From Utricularia gibba (lineage: Eukaryota > Plantae > Magnoliophyta): DNA of 64,000 bases. Where the stretch lies: contig NEEC01000012.1 of NCBI GenBank assembly GCA_002189035.1, positions 558,001 to 622,000 on the forward strand, read 5' to 3'. Positions 37,453 to 52,280 of this stretch are shown here, piece after piece (positions within the stretch are counted from its first letter, which is position 1; each line of letters starts with the position of its first letter). The notes beneath the pieces are model-generated. The model was given only the letters and a program-made list of their open reading frames with translations, had not been told where the DNA came from and ran no database searches. Position numbers and translations under genes: made by a program.

Positions 37453-40049
37453 ATGGGGAAGGCGAGCGAGCTTGGGCACCTCTTCGGGGCGGTGTTCCTC
37501 TACTGCTTTTCCAACTTCATGGTGGCTCCCGCGATCACGGACGCCTCCATGGCCGCCATCTGTCCCGGAGAGAACGAATGCTCCCTCGCCATTTATCTCA
37601 CTGGAGCCCAGCAAGTGGTATTCTTTTTTGTCATCATCTTTTTTATACGCGTTAGTGCGGCAGGGACACTGAATCCGATAATGGATACTGCATCCTCATG
37701 ACACACTCTGCTTTTACGCATTTTACTGGGTTGGAATAAGTGATAAAGCCGTCCTCCAAGGTGCAGAGCCGGGGTCGGCCCCTGCTCTGCGCATTGATTC
37801 TTCTCTTCGTTTCCTCTCTAATCATCATAGATTAGTAGATGCACGTCACCCGTTTTGCAGCATGTATGGAGCACTTTCACGTATGTCTGTTCGTATAAAC
37901 AACCAAAACTGCCACTTTCATAATCAAGAGACTTTTTTTAAAGAAAAACTCCGATCAATTGTCAAAAAAACTATTTGTCGTAGAGTGGGTAGGCACACCT
38001 CACCAAACTCTATTTGTCAATTTATCTGATTGATGATAGTGAGTGACGGGCGCAGATCATCGGGGTGGGATCGCTTGTTGTGATGCCGTACATCGGCACC
38101 CTGTCCGATACCTATGGAAGGAAAGCGATGCTCACCATCCCCTTCGCGCTCTCCATCTTCCCATTGGGTGCCCAACGCAGAGCCCTTACACTTTTCCTGA
38201 ATCACTTGCTTTCCTTCTGAAATACAAGATTGTTGTTGCAGCGATCCTGGCTTACCGCAGGACCAAGCGCTTCTTTTACGGTTACTACATCTTCAGAACC
38301 GTCATCGCAATGGGTACGGAGGGAAGCGTCCAGTTTCTTTCTTTGGCGTATGCAGCAGACAATGTCCCTGAGAACAAGAGGGCGGCGGTTTTTGGTGTGA
38401 TGTCGGGGATTGCTTCCTCGTCCTTCGTGTTGGGAAACCTCACGACGCGCTTTCTCTCCGTCCCAGCTACTTTCCAAGTAACCTTCGTTGTCCTAGTCAG
38501 TATTCTTGTTATGAGATGACCAAATTACATTTCCCTGAAGCCGATGGGGGTGTCTCTCGATCGCTAGGTTGCTGCGGTGATGTCTGTAATTGCGTTTCTG
38601 TACATGAGATTCTTTCTTGCGGATTCTAATCCGAAGCAGGGTGAGCATGTCACAGAGGCGCATTCCCTTTTGTTGAAGAAACCGAAGCTTCCCAAGGTTC
38701 TCACGTCCTTGGACGACGCCATGTGCTTGCTGAGAACAAGGTTTCCGCCTCGGAACACCCTAAGAGGGAAACCCTTTTCTGTTTTTTTTTTAACATTTCT
38801 TTGTTTGCAGCCCCACGTTCTTCAGAGTTGCAGTAGTTGGGTTCTTAATCAATGTTGCGGATGTGGGACTCTTCGCTTCGTTGAACGTATGAAAAGTCTT
38901 TAAAATAGTAATGCAGATGAATGAACCTCTCTGAACAATTCATTCATTTGAATGTGTTGCAGTTTTTCCTCAAGGCCCAGTTTCATTTCGGAAAGGACCA
39001 GTTTGCTGATATCATGGTCATCGTTGGTGTCTGCGGCTCGGTCTCACAGGTGAAGACCTCGTCCTTCTTCTTCTCCTGTTTTTCCAATGCATCAAGAACA
39101 AGCCCTGAAACCTCGGAAACTTGGTCGCAGTTGCTGGTGATGCCGATGCTGAGCTCCGTTGTGTGCGAGGAGAAACTGCTGTCTCTCGGCCTGTTCTTCA
39201 CTTCTGCTCATGTAACAAGACCGTCTATTTTCTTAACTCCGAGAAACAGCAACTGTTTTCTCATCTAACATTGTGATCCTTGTGTTTTTCCATGAAGATG
39301 ATACTCTACAGCGTGGCCTGGGCGCCTTGGGTACGTATGTGTTATGCATGCATTTTCTTTCCGCCATTCCAAGGGTGCTGATTCCTCCCCTCCAGGTTGC
39401 CTACGTTGCAGCCATCCTCCCCATTCTCTCCACTCTCGCCTTCCCCTGTGTAAGTCCAAGTCCTTCCTCTCTTAACGCGATGAGTTGCAGCATTTTTACA
39501 TGTCCGCTGCTGCTTCTGCAGCTACGGAGCATTGCGTCTAAGCAAACCGGACCCCATGAGCAAGTACGCCCTACCTTCTTGAAACCATGGTGCAGACATC
39601 CCTTTTTTTTTGTAATAATTTGTAATTGTGGAATCAGGGTAAGACACAGGGGTGCATCACAGGTATCAGTTCCTTCGCCAGCGTTGTCTCCCCACTGGCC
39701 TTCAGCCCCTTGGCAGGTAGCCTCACTCATAATACCATTATTCCCGATTAGATGTATGTTTGTGCCAGAATAACTTCAAATTTGTAATATTTCCTCTTCT
39801 GCCATAGCTGTGTTTCTGGCGGAGAATCCTCCCTTCCATTTCCCGGGATTCACCCTTCTCTGCGCCGGCCTTGCGGCGGTAACCGACTCTCATTCCAACC
39901 CAGTTTTTCATTCATATAAGTGAACGCTTTACTTTTTCCCTTTTTTTGTTCACTTGCAGATGATAGCCTTCTTGCAAAGTTTGACGATAGAGGCACCGCC
40001 TGAGTCCAGGGCTGTGGAGCCGCCTGGAGGTTTTGCTTTTGCCTGTTAG
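37453..40049 (+). CDS. Major facilitator superfamily transporter (HIAT1/tetracycline-transporter-like)
   Basis: Thirteen GT-AG exons with consistent phases: 37453-37617, 38056-38167, 38242-38477, 38568-38740, 38811-38886, 38963-39049, 39131-39211, 39298-39330, 39396-39449, 39522-39563, 39638-39716, 39808-39878, 39960-40049. MFS motif GTLSDTYGRK, SLAYAADNV, LRSIASKQTGPHEQGKTQG. Confidence 0.93.
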
Positions 40050-41169
40050 GAGATAATCCGGTGGAGTGGAAATGCGGGCATGAGGCATATAGGAAAATTG
40101 GATTTCTTTGCCTTTAGTTGTGGATAATGTGAATATTATCTTCACGTAAAAAATACTCTTGCCTACTAATAAAGAATGTTTTCTACTAAACAAGATACTT
40201 GTCTAAAGTAACTCTCACCATGTAGGTGAGAGTTTATCAATTGCTCTAATGAACAAATGAAAGTTATTCCTTATGACACTCTCCACCAATCATGTATCGA
40301 ATTCAGTGCATATGATCTAATAATTGAAAAGCATGGATTTTTTTAATTTTCAAATTGATTGGTGATCGTAGAAAAATTAGATTAATTCTACTATAAATAC
40401 ATATTTCAATCAAATAAAATTTATTCAATTTTACAATTTCGTTTCTTTTTCATTTGAAAAGTTTGATAACACAATAATATCTACTTCTCTCCTTATATAT
40501 GATTTTGATTCTTCACCGTTTTAATCAAAATATAAGCTAATGATAATTGGAAATACATGTACCAATAATACATGCAGCAATAATCAACAGCCACGAGTTC
40601 CTGTTTTACATGCAGCAAGTCGAAGGTATCAATTTTTAAGCAATGCTTCTAAAAAATTGGGTGTTTTATTTGAGAGGGGTGAGTCGATGTGGGCCAATGA
40701 ATTTGTAATCAAACGAATATATATCAGCAACAATCTTGATAATCTTGTTTTGAAAGTAGGATTGCGATTTAAATCCAAAGAAAAAGTTTATTTTTGTGGT
40801 TTGAAAGTAAATCAAAACATTTTGTGTTGAAATGCTAATCTACTTCAACAACACAATGTGAGTTTCATATTTATCTCTATGAATTGAATAGAGATGGTAT
40901 CTGACAATTCAGAGTTTTTTATCTTCATATTTGTAGAAATAGAATTGAGTAAAACAAACATAGAAACATCTCTATGAGTTTCACTAAATGAGATTTGATA
41001 GATTGTATTTGGAAAATGCAAGGTAATATGATTTTTTATTATTTATTTTTTGTTCAATTAATATTAATTTTTAAAATTTATTTATTTATTTTAGAGTTAA
41101 TAATTTGTAAGACAATTGGTAAAATATAAATTAGATACAATTGTATCATTGATTATGAAAAAATTGAGG

Positions 41170-44100
41170 TAGGCAAACTCTATATAAGGCCCAGCTCACT
41201 CACTCAACTCTCCAAGATCAAGCAATGTCAACCTACTCACAAGCATAGGTGTAGATAACGGTCATTAAATCCTTCTCTATAAACGAACCAATCATATGTA
41301 ACATTTGTAATGGGTAATAGCCCAAAACACATGCATTGTTTCACAAATCAGTTTTTCCACAACCACCTTCTCTTGAGCATTAGGATCCAAGGAAATCACA
41401 TTCTTTATGGTGAACTCGACATAAAACAAAGAAGTACATGTCTCCTTCTTCCTTCGATACAACTCTTCCAAAACATCATACCCACATAGACCTACATCTC
41501 TTGTCTATAACAATGAATGCCAATCTTGCTCCTCCCACCTTCGATGGAAAGGATGCTAAAGAGTTTCCTACCTAGCAAAAGAAAATGCGAAACTAATTCA
41601 TAAACAATGAGATAGAGGATTACTTCATTGAAAATGCACCATCAAGCATGGATACTGAAAATTACAAGGTCTACAAATAAATAGAAAAAATGGTGTGTGC
41701 CATTGGACACAACATTAATCAAAGAGGCTTATGAAGTCATCCTAGAGTGCACTACTCCCAAGGAAGCATGGGAATAACTAGAGAAGACTTATCTCAAGAA
41801 TGTTGAAACAAATGCTACGCAAATAGCATATCAATGGAAAGCAATAGGATCTTTAAGATTTAATCCAGGTGAATTATTTGATTGTCTAGCGAACACTATC
41901 AAATCTGTAAATAGGAATCTCAAATTACTAGCCGTCATAACTAATGAAGAATGAATGAAGGATATCATACTAAATGCCTTACCAGTCTCTTTCAACTTTA
42001 CTATAGCCTCTCTAGTAGCCACAAGCTGCATCTGAAAATTCAATTAATAACATTGTTTTTAGCATGTTTTTTTAGATGTGTTTTATAGGCTAAAATGGTA
42101 TGTCGCATGCTTAATTGTTTCCTTTTGTATATTTAGTTTGTCAAAGTGTGTTTGTTGTGAAAATAGGTTCATTGGGAATAATTGAGGCGAAAACTCTAAT
42201 GTTTCCCTTGAGTCTGCGTCTAATCTTTAATAGGGTAGAAGCTAGTAATGGCGGTGTATTTTCCATGTTGACAAGTCAAAAGTGATAAAAAAAAAAGTTA
42301 TGGAAGAGTGATTTTTAACCGAAAGTAGCCATCCTCTAAAAAGAAAAGATCTAGAGCATAAATCTTCCTTTTAGAAACCTAGAAAAAAGATGGAGATGCC
42401 CTTCCATTGAGCGGAAAAAGAAAAGAGGAAAGAGGAGAGAGAAGAAAATGAATTCTTAGGAGCATGGGCAAAAGGAGAACAATGGTTCTCTGGCAAATAG
42501 CTCCAGCAACTTCCACATCTACATTTCCAGACTAGATTTCCGTCTTAAGCTTTAAGATTTAGCAAATCTTAATCTTATAGCATCGCTTGACATTATATTT
42601 CTATTTTATGCACTTCTATTTCTAACATTGAATGTGTTCTCACATTTTCTATATTTCCATGCTTTCCTTCACATTCCTAGTGCTTGGTTGTGAACAAGAA
42701 ACTTCTTGTAGACGTTATTTGAGCTTACGAACCAGCTTCTAGTTAAGCTGTTCATCTTTAGTTTTAAGTTTAATATGTCATTTATTGTTCCTGATGGGAT
42801 GAAGTTGGGTTTAAGCTTAAGAACTCTCTTGAATGACACAATAGCTAGATCCTGGTGTAAAACCCAACTTGATCACCTTCACTTTACGTTTACTACGCAT
42901 TCTCGTTATCTTCTGTGCTCATTCATTGCTGCAACTTGTTCATTTCAATTGTTGTTATTTTATGTCCTACGCATAAAAGAGCTAAACTTTCAGAAACCCT
43001 CTAGTTTTCAGTAAATATAAAAGACTTAGATAAATTGCAACAATTCTTTATGGATATGATCCTTACTTGCCACACTATATTAATTTCTATGATTTATGTG
43101 ATAGAATAGCTAGGATTAAAAATTTCTTTTTATATGTTGAACACATTAGACTGTGACATTTAACAATCTCAAAGGCGCTAGATAATGTATCTTTTAAAGC
43201 TATTGTAGAAAAGGAAACTAATGCTCTCTACTCTCAGGCCGATATACTAACACTAATACTTATAGTCTTAGCAGACAATAAGAGACATTGGACATGGCTA
43301 TTAGATAGTGATTCTACAAATCATATAACTAATGACTTTTCTACATTTATTGAATGCACTCCCTTGATCTCTAGAAATATTCAAATCATAGACAAAATAG
43401 TCATATAAACCCTAGGGCAGGGCACAATAAACCTAGAGTCATAAAAAAAGATAATCTACATCAAAGATGGGTTTTTTGAACCAGTGGCATCCCACAATCT
43501 AATCAATCTAGGACATCGAGTGAGCAAAAATTTCTCTGTTATGTTTACTAACAGCTCATGTATCATTTTTGATCATATATGAAACGAAATTATGAGGATA
43601 CCTATGTCGAACATGGTATTTCCTATCAATTTCCTAAGAGACAACTCCGAAACACATCATATACATCTCAATGCAAGTTCTAGGCAAAACATGTTGTTGT
43701 AACATAGAAGATATGGACATCACAACCAAATGTCACTTATAAAAACGTTCAAGTCTATGTTGGTGGATGGAATTGAAAACTTGGCATCAATGATGGAATG
43801 GTGAGAAATCTGAAAGTTGGGAAAATTGAGTAGCTTACCTTTCGAAAGAAGCCATTGAATTTCTACCACCCCTCTAGAAATCATTCATTCGAATGTTTGT
43901 GGCCCCATATACCCTACTGCAAAAGGCAGAAGAAGATACTTCATATTATTTATTGATAACTATTGTAAGCTAGTCTAGGTATATTTCTCGAAAAGTCGAC
44001 ACGAGATAATCTTTAAGTTCAAAATAGTCAAGGTTGCTATATAAAATGAAAGTGGATGCAAAATTAAATATATTCACTCAAACAATGGCAAAGAGTATAC

Positions 44101-47100
44101 ACTTCATGAATTAAAGTTGTAGTGTGAAGAAAATGAGATTACACATCAGTTTACAACATCATACACTCCATAGCAAAATGAAATTAGTGAAAAATGCATC
44201 AAAATGATGCTGGACATGGCTAGATGTCTGTTACTAGAGAAGGGAGAACATAAAGAATTCTAGAGAGAGGCCATGAACTCGGCTATATATCTGCTATACC
44301 GACTTCTCACAAGAGGCATTGTTGAGTTTACAACACCTTACGAACTTTGGACTAGAAGAGTTCTTGCAGTGGATCACTGGTGGATATTTGGCTGAATATG
44401 TTTTTGGCTTGAGCAAGAAGCTGGATCAAAAAAGTCGCATATGGTATTTATGGGTTATAGCACAACTGCAAAAGCATAAATGATATGGGATGCTTTTGAA
44501 AAAAAAAATGATAATAAGCATACATGTGGTTTTTTATGAACAATGTGTCTAGAATTGAAAGACTGAAAATTCATGCTCAAAGAATTCAAATATACCAAGC
44601 TGCGTTGTTTATAACTCCAACATACCTTGAACGCAACCTACACAATTACTTGAATACATTGAAGTAACATATCAATTTTTGAAGCTGGGGGAAATGATAA
44701 TAACAATAATCATATTTTTAACATTTTATTTCAAAATACAAATCAAGAATAGGTGGAAAACAAGATTGGAAGACAACGGGATTCTCACGGTCAAGACAAC
44801 TTCACTGCTCCTCAACAAATTATTCATCCACCAAATATGGAAATGACAAACTTGAGAACTTTGAGAATTCCATAAATAAAGACATAGCTCAGCATTTAGA
44901 GAGTGCCTTTGTTCAAGAGTATCTAAACTAATTGGGGACAGAAAAATCCAAACCTGTTGTGGAAACTACAGACATAAACACAACTAAACCAAGAACATCC
45001 GAACAAGCCCAAACTCATAATCAATCACTCAATAGAAATGGTAAGAATTCAGAGCTGACACAAAAGATACCAATAGTGAGACCAACTCCACGTTAACTCC
45101 AGATCTATGAAAATTAGAAACATATTCAAAATCATCATATCCACTTGAAGGATTTCAACTAGAAGGCACAGAGGGCGATATGGAAAACTCTTCTATAATT
45201 TTTTCAGAGACATATGACAGCACTTAAGCCCGTGAATTCAAGTCAATCACCTTCTTTTATCATGATAAATGTCTATTTACTCACTCTGAACCCACTAGCT
45301 TGAGCAATGCCCTCATAAACCCAAAATAAAGGAAAGCCATGGAACATGAAGTAAAAACTATTGAAGATTAAAAGACTTGGACGCATATAGACAAGGTGGA
45401 AAATAAGAAACCCATTGGGGTCAAATGAGTGCTAAGGACAAAATAGAATTTAGAAGAAAATATAAATAAACACAAGACCAGATTGGTCGCTAAAGATTTT
45501 GTTCAACTGGAAGGTATAGACTATCATGACACATTTGCTCCAATGACACGACTCGATACGATTAAGCTAATAATAGCTCTAGCAGCTTATATGAGATGGC
45601 ATATCTTTCATTTAGATATTAAGCTTACCTTCCTAAATGAGACACTCACACAAGAAATCTTCATCAAGCAACCACCCGATTTTGTTATTATGGGAATAGA
45701 AGACGAAGTTTATAAGTTACGCAAGGCCTTGTATGGTTTAAAGTAGACACCCCAACCATTTTCTGATATAGAGATACCAACAAAGTGAAAATGATGTCAC
45801 ATTATATATAATGAAGGGCAAACATACAGCAAGACAAATAATTGTGTCTCAATATGTTGATGATATCCTAATTACCTTATCAACGATGACGTAGTCAATC
45901 ATGAAAATGAGCAACAAAAACAAGTTTTCGACCTCACATATTTGGGTCCCATGACATATTTCCTAGAACTAGAAGTTAATTAAACAGATTTAGAAATTGT
46001 AATCTCTCAACATAAATATACTTTGGATCTCATCACCAAATATGACATGTCAACCTCCAAAAAATCCTCAGTGCCCATTACACCTGAAATCAAGAATCAA
46101 CTCTATGAATCTAGACAAAAAATTGATGGAAATTAATACCGAAAGCTCATAGGATCACTCTTCATAATGACCACAAGATCCAATATCACCTTTGCCATCA
46201 ATCTTATCAATTCACGATGAATCCTATGACCACACATCCGAATGTAGGAAAAAAAATTCTAAAATATTTAAACAACACAAAGGAATTCGGACTTATCTAC
46301 AAAAGAGGTATGCATCCATGTTTACAAGTTTATTGTGATACAATTATGCAGGTGATAACAAAGACATGAAGTCTACAAGCGGATTTCTCTTTATGATAAG
46401 TGGAAGTGCATTTGCATGGAATAGAAAAAAGCAATTTGTAGTAACACAGTCATCATCTGAAGCTAAATAAATGGCTCCTACCACCACCTCTAATCACACT
46501 ATATGGATTCACAAATTGCTAGAAGATTTGGATGTCCATATTGACAAGCCTATTACAATATTTCTAGACAACAAGTCTGCTATTGCTATGGGAAACAATC
46601 CAACTTTCTTTGGAAGAACCAACAAAATTCTAATAAAATTCCATGTGGTGAGAAACTACATCAAGGAGAAATTTATCAAGTTCAAGCATACTTCATCCGA
46701 AAGATAGGTGGCTGATATTTTGACAAAACTACCGTATTCCAAACAATTCCTTCAACTATGAGATAAGTTAGGGTTGATACCTCTACTATCGACTCCTGAT
46801 GAAACCGATGAAGCAAAGACAAATTCAAGCATGAAAGATCTAAAGAATTCAAAGGTTGATAGAAGTGCTTCTTCACCTGAAAATCCGAATGATCAAACCT
46901 TAATTCGAGAGCGAAGTGAAGGAAATTTAGTCAAGGAAAGCTGTGAATTACAAACCCAAATCCCTCCAAATCTAGACGACCTGACTCACCACGAGGGGCT
47001 GCTGAATTTCCATGAGACCCTAGATGAAGTAGGTCGCCACTAGAACATGCAGCAACAAATGGTAAAAAGTCTCCAACCACGGGAGTAAGAGAAAGAGGAA

Positions 47101-47400
47101 GGAAGCAGGTTGAAGCTTGAAAGTGGAAGTGGAAGAGGAAGCAAGCTGTGCTCAAAAAGTCCCATAAGGTGGACAAACTCTATACAAGGTCCAGCTCACT
47201 CATTCATCTTTCCAGCATCTTGTCACGACAGCCTACTCATAAGCATAGGTGTACGCAACAATCATTAAATCCTTTTCTATAAAAAAACAATCCTATATAA
47301 AATTTGTAACGAGTAATAGCATAAATGCATATATTGTTTCACAAGTAGTTCCTCCACAATCATCTTCACTTGAGCATCAAGATCCAAGAAATTATACTTT
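41170..47400 (+). mobile_element. Degenerate Ty1/Copia LTR retrotransposon nested in MULE copy 2
   Basis: Paired LTR segments 41170-41400 and 47170-47400; 3' LTR probably starts ~46775. gag ..KEAWE*LEKTY; protease WLLDSDSTNH; integrase LEIIHSNVCGP; RT LVAKDFVQLEGIDYHDTFAP; RNase H ..VADILTK. Confidence 0.88.
42033..43165 (+). mobile_element. Athila-like solo LTR inserted in the Copia gag-pol junction
   Basis: Non-coding ~1.1-kb block between gag and protease remnants, homologous to 13729-14420. TG...CA-like ends; no clean TSD. Confidence 0.6.
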
Positions 47401-50099
47401 TTGAAAACTTGATTCGATGTTGAATTTACATTTGAACTTATTCATTTATCCTGGGAATCGTCAATGAATAAACAGTTGCATATGCTTTTGCAAATAATGA
47501 AAATCTTGAATATTATTTGTAGTTGGACTCTTTCGTTATTCAATGACAAGTTGGTACAATTATTTATAATAGACATACTATTGGGTGGTGTGACTTCTAA
47601 ATAGACATTTAATACTAACAGGCTTCATCATTAAGTTGGTAAAAAATTAAAAACTAAAAGATCATTTATATATGGGTGGGCTACCTTGGTGAAATTCCAA
47701 GCCTACATAAAGCAAATAATGACTTATCAATCATCATAGTGGCCAAATCATCCATAGATTTTGAACGTGGATAAATGGGCAAATGCATAGGATAATGGTA
47801 AGTGTCATAGATAGTTGAAGACAAATCAAGTGAAATCCATGAATGGTGTATTAAAAAAATATGAAGATATCCCATGCAACATTGTAGATTCCACATTCTA
47901 TTTGACTCAAACAATATTTGTTAAAAGACAACAGGAGATCGCCCAATTCAATGATAAAGATGTGGTAAATTATGCTATTTTTACGAATTTAAATGTTTTA
48001 TATAGATGTTTACAAATAAGAAGAATTCAGGTTTTCAAAAACAACAACAAAAGATATGTCATTATCGATTATACTATTGGGATCCTGCCTAACTTGTAGG
48101 TTTTGTTTACGTTGTACATAGAAAACATGCTAAGCGGAACCGACAAACTGTTGACTTACATGCCCAAATATGCACATGTGGGAAGTGGCTGATCTATCGT
48201 CTTCCTTGCGCTCATACTTTGAAAGACGGGAAAATGTGTCGAATATCATTTAATCAAATGATTGTTCGACAATCAACCTTAAATTTGCTACAAATACAGT
48301 ATGCTAATAAAGTTCTATAAGATTTAGGTCAAGAAGATTAATGGCCAAATGTTCAATAATACTTGTATCGCGATAGATGCCGTGTGAAACACAAACAAGA
48401 TCGACTTCATAATATCTAAATATCATTTTAATAAATTGATAAATATGCTGGCACTTGAAATAAAAGAAAATTCGTTTAAAATAGGCATGAGCTCAATATA
48501 TATATATATATATATATTAACTAATGTTGCAAATAATGTTATAACATATCTCTAATAGATTTCTTAAAAAACCATGAAGACAAAAAAGACTCATTTAGCG
48601 GATATGCCGAGCTAGAAGGGTTCTAAGAGTGTGTATCTAGACGTTATTCTCAAGTAGGCTCGGTATGCATCATCGGCCAATATGAACTATCAAATAGATA
48701 GTTGTGCATTTGGTGAGAAGCTATCTCAACTAATTATCTCATCATGCTCGGATCAGCAGATGTCATATTTATCACATGGTGAAATTGTGATATCTACATA
48801 TTTGATTCTCAAATCAAATTTATTATTATAACAAATAGTAGTATAAACATGTAGTCTAGCCACATATAATAAAGGTTGTGCCACTTCACCAAACTGTCCA
48901 ATATTGAATTCAGTAGGGGTGATGCTAAGAAATCTTATTGTCACCCTCATAGAGATGGCCGCTCCGAGCATTTCAAGTCTCAAAAAATTGAATATTTCTT
49001 GATTCCAAACCTGATATTTTGCAATCCAACGACTTTATGGTATACATAATGGTAACTCTATGAATATTGTAATGCTCTACAATACCAAAAAACACTAAAA
49101 GCCTACAACATGTAAAAACCCTTTAACAATTCTCTTCGACATATCAAAAGTCTCAAATGAAGCAAGATCTCTACTTAAACTATAAAAAATATTATTTGAA
49201 CAGTGATAAATAAAAAAAATGTTTTTATATAAAATCACCTTATCGTGTCCAATAAGATCTAGACTATCTTTGGAAATAAGCAATATATTGTGAGTTATAA
49301 TCGTCTTATCCATAATTGTTGTTACCTTTAATATTTAAGAAGAATAAGTAGTAAATAAAGTGAACTATACTTCAATCGTGAAAAGATTAGTATTTTGAAT
49401 CATAAATCATACGACATGCCTAATTATATAATACATCCGAAAAATGTATACGATATATAAGTGATAGTGTTTGAATTGAACTCCAAGTCCATAATGAAAA
49501 ATGTAATCATAAATCATTTGAAAAACTTAAAAATAATTTCTATTAATAAACCTGTAGAAGTCAAATAGGTTGCCTATAATCTCTTGTCCAATTATGCATC
49601 CTTCACCTAAACTACAATACAAGTTAAAATTACTAAACTCCAATTAAGTACCCCTACTTCTTCATCATTTGCAATTGATGACACATTTTTTCATTGTCTT
49701 TGGATTTCAAAATGGATAATATTATGTTATTAAACTAGTGTTTTATTATTTATTTCCATATTTTAGTCCAAATTGAAACTAAATCTTAGATTTAGCCTTA
49801 ATCTTTGTTGTAATTACTTTCTTTTAGCAATGCAGTATGTTTTGAATGATGCAAATCCCAATGAGCTGAAGTATACAATTGATAAATGAAAAATTTTGCA
49901 ACGTCATTGAATTACGAATTATTCCATCAAAGAAAATTTATAAATTTAATGCAAATTGAAATATAATACAATTATAATTATAGTGATTAAGATTGAAGAT
50001 GAAGAGCAGATGCTTGTTATGTGATTATCAATACATTCAATAGATGTCACGATTAAGATATTTTGTTTGAGCTAGGATTAAAAAATTCGTAATGACATG

Positions 50100-51303
50100 C
50101 AGAAAGGCAATAAATGAGTAAAAATAGAACTCTATCTAGAATGAGATTAGGTGATGTATTGAGACTCTCAGAAGATGCATGCTTATCTTTAAAACAGTGT
50201 CACTTAAACCACAAATCAAACATTTAATAAACAAATTCTAGGTTTTTACGAACTCTTGTTTTTCCCCTACTCTTTAGTTTACCTCTAATTAGGATTGTTA
50301 AGATGAGTTTCACTACTTCCCCCTCTTGAATCTATTTTGATTTGTTAAGGAAGTGGTGTAATTTATAATTCACAAGGTCAAAGGATCAATTAGCACATTA
50401 CTCCCCTTTTACCCTAAGGTACCCCTAAGTGCTTAACCACTCATGTTTAAGGTAGAGTCATTTTCCTATAATTAAACATTTGAAAATATGTGTTATCTAC
50501 AATGTAGATAGCATAGAAAAGGGGACAAAAGCTGAAAATGTAAGATACCAAATCCAAAAATGACACAAAATGGATTTGGACACGATGAGGGGAGAGAAAA
50601 AATCTCCACCACTTCTAACGACACACCACTTTTTTGGGGAGAAGATTGGGAAGAAAAAATTGCAAGAACCAAGAAGACCAAGAGCAATGGCCTAGGAACA
50701 AAGCTTATTTTTGAAAGCTTTCTTTACCTATGAAGAGTATTACTCCTAGCAGGAGTAGTTTTACCCATTTTGTGCAAATTGTTTACAATTCAATTATTGT
50801 TACTTTTATGCCTCTTTCCTTGTAGTTAAATTGTAAAAAAAGATGTTCATGTTATGTTATGAAAAATTGTATTTTTCTTTAGTATAAGTAGCTAAATACC
50901 TAGCGATGCCTTGCAACTAAAGGAGAATAATATGCTAATCGATTTTTTGACCTTATTAATCATAAATCACACCATTTTCTTAACAATGCACTATAGATCC
51001 CAGAGGAAAAGTGGTAATACTCATCTTTAACAACTCTAATTAAAAATAGATTAAAACTTAGAGGAAAAAAAAGTTTGAATAGACCTAAACTTTTGTTTGT
51101 TAGATAAATTATTCGTAATTTAATTAAGATTATTTTTTTGATAGGTATACAATCTCTGGAAGTCCCAGCACCAGTTTTTTTGAGTTCGACTTTAATCACT
51201 ATACATGTAATTGTTTCATTATTAAGGATGCATTAGGTTTATAAATTTTATTTGATATAGGAATTTACAATTTTATAACGATGTATAAATTTTTCGTTTA
51301 TCA
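50100..51303 (+). mobile_element. LTR-like remnant
   Basis: Ends ...TTAGGTTTATAAATTTTATTTGATA...TTTATCA like the other LTR ends in the window. 5' boundary uncertain. Confidence 0.45.
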
Positions 51304-52280
51304 ACAATTAAATCCTTATAAGAAAGATAGGATTCATTAACTTTTGTATTAGGGGAAAAAATCACATAAATACTCAATGCAACAATAGAAAAATCATAAC
51401 TTATATAAATAAAATTAATGATGATACTTCAGTGCGAGTAAACATATAAATAAAAATTAATATTAATTATCTTAGTATATCTTGCTGATCTTAATCAAGA
51501 CCAACTTCATCTCCAAACTCATTAACATAATCTCTTCTTCGCATATTAACATTCTTAATGAGTGGATGGGGAGAAGTCTAATTTTCCCATCTCCCACATA
51601 AAGTAGACTACAAAACCATTTTTACTTAAAAGTGCATGTCTAGTGTTGTATATGACTGTCATCTTGGTAGAGTAGTCTTCTACAAATAATTGAAAAATAG
51701 TCCTATTTTTTAAAAAAATAATTATTTTATATTCAATTTGTATTTAAAATTAAAATTTAATGTTATTTTTATATTATTAATATCAATTACATGTAAATTT
51801 AAAATTATAGTTTAATATATTATAGATAAAATGTTATTCATATAATATAAATATAAGAATACATATAGGTATTATACATATTGTTTTCGTAAAATTATAA
51901 ATATATTACGTTTTTGGGAACATATTAATTATTTTTATTATATATATTGAGAAAAGTTGGATTATTTAGTTATAATTTGTATGACTACTTGACTAATCAA
52001 TTTTTTGCAGAAGGGTAATTTGCTAAAAATCTATGTACATGACATTGGCTAGCGGTAATTATGGTGTGACAGATCCTTCCTTGCAAATTGGAAATTGGAA
52101 TAATAATAGAGCGTGTAGTGGCTTTATGAGTTGGTCGTCTGCGGCTGTTATATTAAATGACCGTTGCTGCTGTCTTGTTTACTTCTTCTCTTCATCTCGG
52201 ATTTATTTAAGAGGGTTTCCACCTTCTACTCTCCTCTTCTCTTCTCCTGAGCTGCTTCTGCTGCCTCCAGCAATGCTTCC

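Larger units (their letters stand above)
40200..50100. mobile_element. MULE copy 2 (same family as copy 1): transposase on +, PMD on -, split by a Copia insertion; ends approximate
   Basis: 40540-40830 QQPRVPVLH...LKVGLRFKSKEKV matches the copy-1 N-terminus. 47830-48340 aligns with 6680-7230 (includes CTCGKWLIYRLPCAH). 48400-49960 aligns with copy-1 PMD segments. Confidence 0.78.
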
